In this document: positions 1 through 8,579 of the stretch, in pieces
Layout of the letters: every line of letters starts with the position of its first letter
Position numbering within the stretch: position 1 is the stretch's first letter
Source: Thraustochytrium aureum
Lineage: Eukaryota
Assembly: GCA_012862495.1 (NCBI GenBank)
Contig: BLSG01000314.1
Coordinates: 271,075-291,074, forward strand
DNA length: 20,000 nt
Reading direction: 5' to 3'
Position numbers and translations under genes: made by a program
The notes under the pieces: model-generated
What the model saw: only the letters and a program-made list of their open reading frames with translations
Told to the model about the DNA's origin: nothing
Databases searched by the model: none

Positions 1-424
1 TCTGGCCGTTCCCGCGCGTCCTGTTCCAGAGCATGTGCACAACCTTGTAGCGCTTGATTTCGTCCATGCGGTGCGCTGCCAGCTCCTCTTCGCCTTGAGG
101 GTGGGCGGCTGCCCACTCCAGGGGGGTCGCCATCTCGACCGCGTTCACCGCGCGCAATATGCTGCCGCATAGCCTTTGCAAGACGACAGGGTCGAGGTCG
201 TCGAGGGTCTGCCGGACCTCCACTTCGCCGCTGTCGCCAATCACGTGAATCTTTTGCTCCAGTTTGTTCACGCGCTGCTCGCTGAGCTTGACGGCCAGCA
301 GGTTCTTCACGGCAGCTTCTATTTTGGGCGTTTCGTTCAACAGCTCGGACGCAAGCGCGAGCATATCGCGCTCGACTGCGTCGTCGACCTGCGCGGTCCC
401 TGAGGCGTCCACGACGCCAGCCAT
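1..424 (-). CDS. Hypothetical protein, 5' part only (runs off the left edge of the window)
   Basis: Read manually, not in the ORF track. ATG at 424-422 opens a stop-free frame to the window edge: MAGVVDASGTAQVDDAVERDMLALASELLNETPKIEAAVKNLLAVKLSEQRVNKLEQKIHVIGDSGEVEVRQTLDDLDPVVLQRLCGSILRAVNAVEMATPLEWAAAHPQGEEELAAHRMDEIKRYKVVHMLWNRTRGNGQ. Protein-like composition and G/C-ending codons; no family recognised. Confidence 0.7.
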   Translation of the reverse strand, partial: MAGVVDASGTAQVDDAVERDMLALASELLNETPKIEAAVKNLLAVKLSEQRVNKLEQKIHVIGDSGEVEVRQTLDDLDPVVLQRLCGSILRAVNAVEMATPLEWAAAHPQGEEELAAHRMDEIKRYKVVHMLWNRTRGNGQ

Positions 425-816
425 CCTTGGAGCGGCTTCAACCCCACGCACCGCAGCCTTCCCCAGCCGCGTCCCCCAGCGCACTGCCCAAGCAGGCCAC
501 CCGCTCGAGATCCGAAGCTTCTGACGGCCTTGCCGGCCACGCCTGCAGCTCGCCCGACCGTCCGCTCGATTCCAGCTGCAGCTCCGCACCGCGCCCCAAA
601 CCCGTGGCAGCGTCCGTGGCCGTCGTCCGGGCCTTCTCTCCGCGTGTGCCGTCCCTTCGAGACAGGCTTCCAGGCTGTCCTTCCTGCTCGTTCGTCGTCC
701 TTCCAGATCGTGTTTGTTCGTCCGCGAAGCCGCTTCGTCCATCGACGTCCTCGCGCTCTCCCTCGACGCCTCCCTCGCGGCCTGCCTCCATCGAGAGGCG
801 CAGGAGGCCGGCCAAC

Positions 817-852
817 CTCCAAGCCCTCCAAGCCCTCCAAGCCCTCCAAGCC
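817..852. repeat. Tandem repeat (CTCCAAGCC)x4
   Basis: Four consecutive 9-bp units are directly visible in the divergent intergenic region. Confidence 0.9.
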
Positions 853-989
853 TCCAGCAGACAGGCAGACGCACAGGCAGACGCCCTTCGCTCCGGCGCA
901 AGCAGACTCGGCGGAGCAGCAGCGCCAACGCGCCTGCCGCACGGCGGGGGAGGAGCGAGAGAGCTACGAGGACGGGCGCCGCGGGCGCG

Positions 990-1228
990 GGACCGCCGGG
1001 TGGGGTGTGGGGAGAGGGAGAGTGCTTGCTGCTTGCTTGCTTGCTTGCTGCTGTGCCTGGGCTTCACGCCGCTGCCGGACGAGGACGAGGTAGAGGCTGG
1101 CCAGCAGCTTGTCGACAGCTCGTCGGGCTACGTCGCTGCCAGGACGAACGAGGACCGCCGGGTGGGTAGTGGGAGATAGATAGCTTGCTGCTGTGCCTGG
1201 GCCTCGCGCCGCTGCCGGACGAGGACGA
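990..1228 (+). repeat. Imperfect direct duplication (about 990-1088 and about 1152-1228) with a (GCTT)n expansion in the first copy
   Basis: GGACCGCCGGGTGGG..GGGAGA and GCTTGCTGCTGTGCCTGGGCYTCRCGCCGCTGCCGGACGAGGACGA each occur twice (the latter at 1043-1088 and 1183-1228). Confidence 0.85.
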
Positions 1229-1334
1229 CGGAGGTCAGCGCCAGGACCACGTGCCAAGGCTGCTTGCAAAGCAGCACCGAGGGGCCAGTGTAGGGCAGGA
1301 CGCGCTTGCTGTTGTTCCGTCGCGAGCGGGAAGG

Positions 1335-2051
1335 ATGAGCAAGCTTGCAGCCATGTTCGGGAAGGACGGTGACAAAGAGGAGAAGAAGATCAATGACGAC
1401 CTGCGCCGCAAGTATTTCGACGACAAGAGGGTCGAGTTCGAGACTGGGTGCGCCGCTGGCGACAAAGGCGCCTGCTATAGCCTCGGCGAGTGGTGGTTGC
1501 ACTTCGGGAAGGACAGTGCCAAAGCGAAAGAGTACATGTCGAAATCTTGCTACGAGCAAAACCACGGGAATGCATGCTTTACGCTGGCGCAGTTGTATCA
1601 GGGAAACCAGTTTGGCGAGGACGAGGAGGTGTGCAAGGCCAAAACCTTCGAGCTAAACAAACGCGCCTGCGAAGCGGGCAATGTGCAGGGCTGCGGGATG
1701 GCTGGCTCCTGCGCGATGCACGGGTTCGGCTGCAAGAAAGACGTGGCCAAAGCGGAGCAGTACTTTCGGGAGGCCTGCAAAGGGAACGACGCCCTGGCCT
1801 GCTTTAAACTCGGCCGCCTCTTCCTGGACGGCTTGGAAAAGCATGGCGTGGAACGGAACCCCGCCGAGGCGGCCAAGCACATGGCGAAGGGGTGCGACCT
1901 TGGCCACCCCAATTGTTGCCAGGTCTTGTCGGTGATGTACAAAAAGGGGGATGGGGTCGAAGCGGACGCAACCAAGCACGAAAAGTACCGTGAGCGAACC
2001 ATGGCAATTATTCAGCAGGCGGGGCAGGCGATGGGGGCCACAGTTGTCTAA
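1335..2051 (+). CDS. COA7: Cytochrome c oxidase assembly factor 7-like (COA7/RESA1; Cys-rich Sel1-like repeat, Hcp family) protein
   Basis: 238 aa from ATG 1335. Repeated paired-Cys SLR units (GCAAGDKGACYSLG, SCYEQNHGNACFTLA, ACEAGNVQGC, ACKGNDALACFKLG). The C-terminal KGCDLGHPNCCQVLSVMYKKGDGVEAD closely parallels the COA7 motif [27 protein letters not shown] (recalled). Size matches COA7. Confidence 0.8.
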   Translation: MSKLAAMFGKDGDKEEKKINDDLRRKYFDDKRVEFETGCAAGDKGACYSLGEWWLHFGKDSAKAKEYMSKSCYEQNHGNACFTLAQLYQGNQFGEDEEVCKAKTFELNKRACEAGNVQGCGMAGSCAMHGFGCKKDVAKAEQYFREACKGNDALACFKLGRLFLDGLEKHGVERNPAEAAKHMAKGCDLGHPNCCQVLSVMYKKGDGVEADATKHEKYRERTMAIIQQAGQAMGATVV

Positions 2052-2176
2052 AAACAAACACAGCAAGACAGATTAGGCCGCTACGGCAAGTTTCGGGGTA
2101 GCTGCGCTTGACCTTCTCGGACTGGCCCTCCTTCTCCTCTTGCGAAGCTCGGCCGACCCCGAATCCTGCGCTCGGC

Positions 2177-4189
2177 CTAGCGCGTGTGCAGGCGCGTGAG
2201 CGCTAGATATCCCGCCGTGCGCAGCACGACCAAGTAGCCCGCGAGAATGCCGATGTTGAACCAATAAGCAGTGAACGAGTCTGCGGTGATCTCCAGTCGA
2301 CCAGCGAGCACTTGTTCGCCAGCGACCTCCTCAAACGCGTAGAAACCGGCGATGTTGAGCGCGTTCCACGAGTAGGTGAAAAAGTTGGGAAAATACGCAT
2401 ACCAGCGAAACGCCCAGGTGATGCTCTGCACGTTGAGGAAGAAACCCATGAAGAGGATGTTGGGCATAAGCGTGATCGGTGTCAAAAACACCGCCACTTG
2501 GACGTCGCGCGCGACGCACGCAATGAGCGTGGCCCAAGAATGCACGTTGAGCACGTGCATGACGGCTGCCAAGAGCATGGCGAGAAACCTCCACGGGTCG
2601 CTCGGGTCGTACCCCGACATGTAGTAAACCAGGGCGAAAAACACCAAGGTCGGGACGAGCTGAAGCGGCACGTCACTGAGGGTCTTGGCCCAAAAGTATG
2701 CCGGGCCCGAGTACCATCGGTTGGACAACTCGCGCAACATCACTGCGCGCTCTGGCATAAAGGTCACAATGGTCGGGAGCGCCGACGACAGCATGAGGAA
2801 CACCATAACAAACATGTTGAGCGAGACACGCTTCGCCGCTGAGGCCGGTACGAGCTCGAGTCCGCTGTACAATACGCCGATGATTAAGCCCACCACGAGG
2901 TGCGACACCAGCCTCGCCCGAGCGAGCGCCGGCTCGCGCCGCATGTGGCGAAAGTTGCGATTGATCAGGATGCCAAGTTGGCGCGAGAGCGAGATGAGAG
3001 GCTCTGCGTCGACGAGCAGTCCAGCGCCATCCTTGACGGCGCTTGGCTTGGCGGCTTCGATGTCGGCATCGGCGCCTTCCGTCGCAGGAGCGTCGGTTGT
3101 GGCGTCGCCAGCCGCTCCGGCTTGCTCGATCACGCGCTGGATGCGCGCCCCATCCTCCGCATCGCCCTCCTCGCCGCTGGTAACGAGGTCGAGGATATAG
3201 TCGGCCGGGTTGTAAAACTGAGGGCAGGCAAACCCTATCGAAGAGAAATAGTCCACAACGCTGGCCGTGGACCCGAAATAGGCGCACCTGCCGTTGACCA
3301 GGAGCAGGACGCGATCAAAGGTGAAAAACAGCGACGAAGACGGCTGGTGGATCGTTGCCACCACGCCTCGGCCGTCCTCGCGCGTGGTGCGCTTCAGGAC
3401 ATTGACCACCATTTTTGACGAGCTGCTGTCCAGGCCGCTCGTGGGCTCATCAAGCACGCAAAACCGCGGGTTGCCCATCATCTCAACGGCGATCGCTAGG
3501 CGCTTGCGCTGCCCGCCAGAGCACCCTTTCCGCCTGCTCGGGTTGCCGACCAGGACGTCTCTGCAGGAGACAAGCCCAAAGTTCCGGAGCTTCTCCTCGA
3601 CCTGGGCTCGGCACGCCTCGCGGCCTTTGTTGGCGTGGTCGTGGAAGAGGGCGCTTTCCATGAGCGCTTCGTCCACCGTCGCGGTCTCCATCAGCAGGTC
3701 GTCCTGCGGGACTAGGACGACCAAGCGGCGAAGCAGGTAGCGGGTCGCAACGGCGTTGTTGATCGCGAGCGAGCCGGCGCTGCTCTGGACGCGCCCGCAG
3801 ATCACGCTGAGCAGCGTCGTCTTGCCAGCGCCGGACGGGCCGAGAATAGCCACCATCTCACCAGCTCGAAAGGCGCCAGTCATGTTCTTCAGAAGCCAGG
3901 TGCGAGGCTCCCTCTTGCCGACTTGCACCCCAAGGCCTTCGAAGACGAGCTCCGCCCGCCCCTTGCTCGCAGCATCATTGAAGGGCGCTGCCTGGAGCTG
4001 TGCGTCGTCGGCGCCGATTTGCACCATACTTGTCACGGCCTCCAAGCCTCGCGGCGCGCCGCCAGGCAGATCGAGCTCGTGCGGCCGACCGGCGGCCTCG
4101 CCGCTTCCTCCCAGGGCAGCTTGGTCTGCAACAAGCAAGGAGCTCGACCAAGTGCTCTGCTCTGACGTTGCCAAAGCGGGTTTGCTCAT
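2177..4189 (-). CDS. ABCG (White-family) half-size ABC transporter, NBD-TMD topology
   Basis: Walker A GPSGAGKTT, Q-loop VPQDD, signature CSGGQRKR, Walker B/D-loop VLDEPTSGLDS, H-loop TIHQP and the ABCG motif CPQFYNPADY, followed by about six hydrophobic TM segments. First ATG at 4189 (MSKPALA). Confidence 0.95.
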   Translation of the reverse strand: MSKPALATSEQSTWSSSLLVADQAALGGSGEAAGRPHELDLPGGAPRGLEAVTSMVQIGADDAQLQAAPFNDAASKGRAELVFEGLGVQVGKREPRTWLLKNMTGAFRAGEMVAILGPSGAGKTTLLSVICGRVQSSAGSLAINNAVATRYLLRRLVVLVPQDDLLMETATVDEALMESALFHDHANKGREACRAQVEEKLRNFGLVSCRDVLVGNPSRRKGCSGGQRKRLAIAVEMMGNPRFCVLDEPTSGLDSSSSKMVVNVLKRTTREDGRGVVATIHQPSSSLFFTFDRVLLLVNGRCAYFGSTASVVDYFSSIGFACPQFYNPADYILDLVTSGEEGDAEDGARIQRVIEQAGAAGDATTDAPATEGADADIEAAKPSAVKDGAGLLVDAEPLISLSRQLGILINRNFRHMRREPALARARLVSHLVVGLIIGVLYSGLELVPASAAKRVSLNMFVMVFLMLSSALPTIVTFMPERAVMLRELSNRWYSGPAYFWAKTLSDVPLQLVPTLVFFALVYYMSGYDPSDPWRFLAMLLAAVMHVLNVHSWATLIACVARDVQVAVFLTPITLMPNILFMGFFLNVQSITWAFRWYAYFPNFFTYSWNALNIAGFYAFEEVAGEQVLAGRLEITADSFTAYWFNIGILAGYLVVLRTAGYLALTRLHTR

Positions 4190-4285
4190 GCTGCAACCGG
4201 CTGGCCGCCGCGGCAGCGCAATTGCGACTGCAGTTGCGGGAAGCCGGCTGCCGTTGCGGGCGCAGCAGGGCAAGTGGACTGGGTT

Positions 4286-4458
4286 CTGCCAGAAGAGGAA
4301 GAAGGGGAGCGAGGGAGGGCAAGTGCGCGAGTGAGCAAGTTGGTCTTTCTTTCGCTCGTGTACTACTTGTAGGAGTTTCAGGGCAGGGAATCAATCATTG
4401 CGCATTCGGGGCGCCCCCTCCGCCTCCGCCTCCGCTCCCTTCCACACAGTGAACTCAC
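4286..4458 (-). other. Putative 5'-UTR intron of the ABCG gene
   Basis: Minus-strand donor G|GTGAGT at 4458, and a long pyrimidine tract (about 4291-4320) ending in TTCTGGCAG| at 4286, about 97 nt upstream of the ATG. Confidence 0.45.
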
Positions 4459-4897
4459 CGCCCGACGCAGCTCCTCCACACAGTGGAAGAATTCACCGCT
4501 CTTGACGCTCAAGGGCTTGCGGAGGCGGACGCGGAGGACCGGCGCTGAAGTGTGCACAGCAGTTTCAAGCCAAAGGCAGTGCCGTTATGCACTTAGTAGC
4601 CTATAGTGCTAATCTAAATCGCGCTAGTTGTAGTTAGTTTGGCGCCCGCGAGTCCCGGGGGTTGGTTGGCTTGCGCGTTGCTTCAGCTTGGCCGCGCGCG
4701 CCGGTGCGGAGGGTGCTCGTGGGTTCGCCTTGGTGATGGCGCACGCGTAGATTGTGGAGCGGAAGCGCGTTCCTCAGGCATCCAAGAAGGCGCATCCTCC
4801 CGCCCTCCGTGCCGCCCTCCATGCCGCCCTCCGTTCCTCCCTACCTGCCTAGGCGAGTCAGTTACGCGCTGGCCTGTCAGTTGGGCATGCATGCTGC

Positions 4898-7800
4898 TCA
4901 AGAGCTCACGGCTCGCAGGGCGGCCTGGACCTCTGTGAGGGTTGGCCGCTTGCCGACCTCGGCCGCCCAGCAGCTGCGAATGAGCGCGGCAAAGGAATCG
5001 AACACCTCTTGCGAACACGGAAACCGCGCGGCGTCGTAGTCAGGGACAGTCGGACGCTTTTGCTCCATGCAAACCATCCGGCCAATGTCGCTGAAAGGAA
5101 GCCCTTCAAAAGGTATGTCCCCTGTTAGGACCTCCCAGCACAAGACGCCAAACGAGAATATGTCGGACGCGGGCGAGTACTCCTCTGCAAGCATGACCTC
5201 AGGCGGCGACCACGCAGGCAACCCGACCTGCTGCTCCGCTTTAGAGAGCGCCTTCGGCACAAAATCAAACATGAACCCAGTGAGCTTGGCCGTGTACGAG
5301 CGACCCCGGTTCGCATCGTCCGTCTCTGTCCGGCGAGGGCCCGCATAGCAGAGAACCTTGGTCGTGCGCAAGTCCTTGTGAACGATTGGCTGCTCGCGAG
5401 AGTGCAGATACCGCAGCCCATTTGTCACCTCACAGAGCTCGTGCACGCGAAGAGACGGGAGCGGCGCCGAATCAATAACGTCGCGAAGCGAGCCGAACGG
5501 CGCCTCCTCCTTGACGATGGCCAAGTACGAAAAGTTGATGTAGCCGCCGAGAATGACCTCCACGTTCCGGTGCGAGAGAGCGAAGCGCACGTCCATCTCG
5601 CGCGCAAACTTGTCCATGAGGTCCTGGCGGCCGTCAATCTCCATCAGTTTAACAGACACGGACCGCGACTCAACTGGCGCTACCTGCACAGATGCCTTGT
5701 CCTGCTTGGTCCCTTTAAAGCTCGGAAAGACTAGCGAACCAGTGAGGTTTGTCGGAAAAACCAGCGAGCCGGCAAGGCTCTGCGTTTTCGCCTTTGTTGC
5801 GACAGTTGCATTGTTGTTGTGCTCCATGCTGTAGCGTTGGTTCTTGCCCAGACTTTTCTTCACAATGTCGAGGCTGAACACGTTGCTGACGGAGGAGAGC
5901 CGACGACTCCTGAACAGCTTCGACCCGCTACCTTCTGTAGAGTTGATTCGCTGCATGGTTCGCGGCTTGGACTTTGCCTGCGACTCCTCAAGTGCCGAGA
6001 GCTCGGCTTTGCGAGTTTCCCCGTACTCTCCGTAGACCAGAGTGGTGGTTGTCACAATGGCGCGCTCCTCAATCCACCAAGCCTTTGCGCCATATTTTTC
6101 CGCAAACGGGTTTCCCGATGAGCCAACGATGCTGCTGCTACCGCGACTGCGTTGGTGGGAGACAAGCCGAGAGTGTAGCATGTCTGGCGCCCCTTTGTCG
6201 AGCCAGTTTTGCTGAATGCTGACGAGCTGCTGGGCAATCGAGATGAAGGACGGTCGGGACTTTGGGTCCTGCAGCATGCATACTTGGGATATGGCCTTGA
6301 TCTCTGGCGGGCATTTCGAGTCGAGCGCGGGCCGCAGCGTCCCTTCCGCAACCTTGATGCTGACCTCAAATGGTGTCATCCCCGGGTAGGGGTCGTTCAA
6401 GTTGATCACCTCGGCCATAATCACGCCAAAGCTGAACACGTCCGCCTTCTCTGTGAACTCGTACCCCTCGATCACTTCCGGCGCAGTCCACTGCGGCGTG
6501 CCCGCTCCTGTCTCGCCTCCGCCCGCGAATGGGTTAAACTTTTTCGTAGATCGGCGGAACAGCGACCCAGAGAGCGGCGAGCTCGGTGCTGAGCTAACGG
6601 CTGTTAGTCCGCTACTGACTCGGCTTCTATCCGCTGGCGCCGAGCCCGAGCCTGAGCTCCCTCCATTCCACGACTCTGGGTCCCTGCTCTGGAACGGAAC
6701 ACCAAGGGAAAGGTCCATGGTCCCATCCGAGAGCCGAAGTTGCGTCGGTTTCGGCGTCGACGAGGAATCCGCCCCCTTAAAGCTCCCGTTTGCCGAGCGC
6801 CGACCCGTCCGCATCATCAGCTTGTTTATTGGCGAGGCTGATGTGCGCGTCGACGTCTTGGCCGTCTCGAAGAAGTCCGTGCTTTTGCGAATGAGCTGCC
6901 GCTTGCGCGAGCCTGGCTTGAGCGAGATCATCCCAAAGTCGGCCACCTTGCAGTTGTTGTGCTGGCTGAGCAGCAGGTTGGGACTTTTGAGGTCATGATG
7001 CAACATCCCGATCTCGTGAAGGTATCCCATGCCCTGGCACGCGTCGATCAGGATTTGAATTCTGTCCTGCCACGGAACCTGCGACGCCAGCTCCGGCGAG
7101 ACCTCAATCACGCTGTCCTTGGCCGCCTGCGACGTGCTCGAGTACTGAGACGAATTGCTCGGAAGGTCGAGGCGCCCCCTCAGCGCGACGATAAAGTCGT
7201 ACAGCGAGCACTTTAGCAGCTCGGTCACTATCGCCAGTTTGGGCTTCTCGAAGCACGCCCCCATAAACAGGACAATATTTGGGTGGCGCAGCTCGTGCAA
7301 GATTGCCACCTCCAGGATGAACGCTGTCACGTGCACCCCTTTGAACTTTTCCTCGTCGAACACTTTGACCGCGACGTCCTTGCTGTGCCACTTGGCCTTG
7401 TACACAGCCCCGAAAGCGCCTTCGCCAAGTTTTTCTGCAGCGTCAGGTCGTCGAACCTTACCTTCCACGAGTTTGAGGGGCCAAGCAGGTAGNNNNNNNN
7501 NNNNNNNNNNNNNNNNNNNNNNNNNNNNNNNNNNNNNNNNNNNNNNNNNNNNNNNNNNNNNNNNNNNNNNNNNNNNNNNNNNNNNNNNNNNNNNNNNNNN
7601 NNNNNNNNNNNNNNNNNNNNNNNNNNNNNNNNNNNNNNNNNNNNNNNNNNNNNNNNNNNNNNNNNNNNNNNNNNNNNNNNNNNNNNNNNNNNNNNNNNNN
7701 NNNNNNNNNNNNNNNNNNNNNNNNNNNNNNNNNNNNNNNNNNNNNNNNNNNNNNNNNNNNNNNNNNNNNNNNNNNNNNNNNNNNNNNNNNNNNNNNNNNN

Positions 7801-8413
7801 NNNNNNNNNNNNNNNNNNNNNNNNNNNNNNNNNNNNNNNNNNNNNNNNNNNNNNNNNNNNNNNNNNNNNNNNNNNNNNNNNNNNNNNNNNNNNNNNNNNN
7901 NNNNNNNNNNNNNNNNNNNNNNNNNNNNNNNNNNNNNNTCCTTCGACATCGCTGCGTCGCTCCACGGCGTTCAAGAACAACTACAGAACGTGCAGGCTCG
8001 AGTCAGCGCGCAGAGCTCCGGACGCTACAGGCGCCGTGCCTTGTCCAGCTGGCCAGGACGGCTAAAGTTCCGTTTGCACATCCATCCAATTCAGGAGCGC
8101 GCGGCGGTTGGTGAGTTACAAGCTTGAGCTTGCGAATGGCCCGCTCGTCTAACGCAGGGCCAGGGGGGAGGCGCTGTGCCCTAACAGTTCGAATCCTCGC
8201 AGGAGAAAGCCCTTAATTAACGCCGCGCGGCGCGCGTAGCGACCGCAACGCCGCCGTCGAGCAGTGCAAGCGCGCCTCGACCGTCTCCCGCGGTCATCTG
8301 CCGCGATGAGGGCTCACCATGAGGCATTCTGGATGGAGCATTTCTATGTTCACTGAAAGAATAGCTCTTTGTTCATGCGCGAGATAGCCGAGCCCGAGAC
8401 GAGCAGACGCCAT
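4898..8413 (-). CDS. Tandem TKL-type protein kinase + C-terminal pseudokinase. Model: exon 1 8413-8318, exon 2 from 7980 through the N-gap to 4898, with an apparent 1-nt frameshift at about 7430-7434
   Basis: Domain 1 has LGEGAFGAV, VAVK, alphaC Glu (FILEV), HPNIVLFMGAC, HHDLKSPN, DFG, GTPQWTAPE, DVFSFG and SRPSF (TKL/Raf-like). Domain 2 has WWIE..LVYGEYGET, VSVK, FAREM, HKDLRTTK, KLTGFM (no DFG), GLPAWSPPE, SDIFSFG and KRPT. The kinase part (4898-7430) is certain; the 5' exon structure is inferred from splice signals. Confidence 0.9.
7981..8317 (-). other. Putative 337-nt phase-0 GT-AG intron in the kinase gene
   Basis: Donor ATG|GTGAGC at 8317 and acceptor TTCTGTAG|TTG at 7981. Splicing joins the 32-codon exon MASARLGLGYLAHEQRAILSVNIEMLHPECLM in frame to LFLNAVERRSDVEG. 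Confidence 0.6.
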
Positions 8414-8418
8414 TCTTG

Positions 8419-8501
8419 GGCTTTCGTCTTCGTGGTGCGAGCCACGCTAGAGCCACCGCCGCCGTGCCTCCAGGCTTTCGCCTCCGTGGTACGAGCCACG
8501 C
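8419..8501. promoter_or_regulatory. Duplicated 29-bp element containing the dyad CGTGG-N6-CCACG in a divergent promoter/UTR region
   Basis: GGCTTTCGTCTTCGTGGTGCGAGCCACGC (8419-8447) and GGCTTTCGCCTCCGTGGTACGAGCCACGC (8473-8501). The repeat is certain; a regulatory role is inferred. Confidence 0.45.
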
Positions 8502-8579
8502 AGAGGTCCTGAAGAGGCCGCCCGTCGAGCCAGTGGCGGGATTCTGCGAGCGGCTGAAGCGCGTGGACTAGACGACGAC

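Noticed and set aside
427..1269. Several overlapping 100-250 aa ORFs on both strands between the first gene and COA7
   Set aside because: Low-complexity Arg/Pro/Ala translations of GC-rich, repeat-containing intergenic or UTR DNA; no domain signal.
1185..1334. N-terminal extension of the COA7 ORF from a TTG start
   Set aside because: Non-ATG start inside a duplicated repeat; the ATG at 1335 gives a COA7-sized protein.
4797..4842. Short degenerate 12-bp repeats (CGCCCTCCRTGC) downstream of the kinase stop
   Set aside because: Ordinary low-complexity 3'-UTR or intergenic slippage repeat with no further structure.
8419..8501. CRISPR-like repeat-spacer-repeat appearance (29-bp palindromic repeat, 25-bp spacer)
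   Set aside because: Only two imperfect copies, eukaryotic context and no cas genes.
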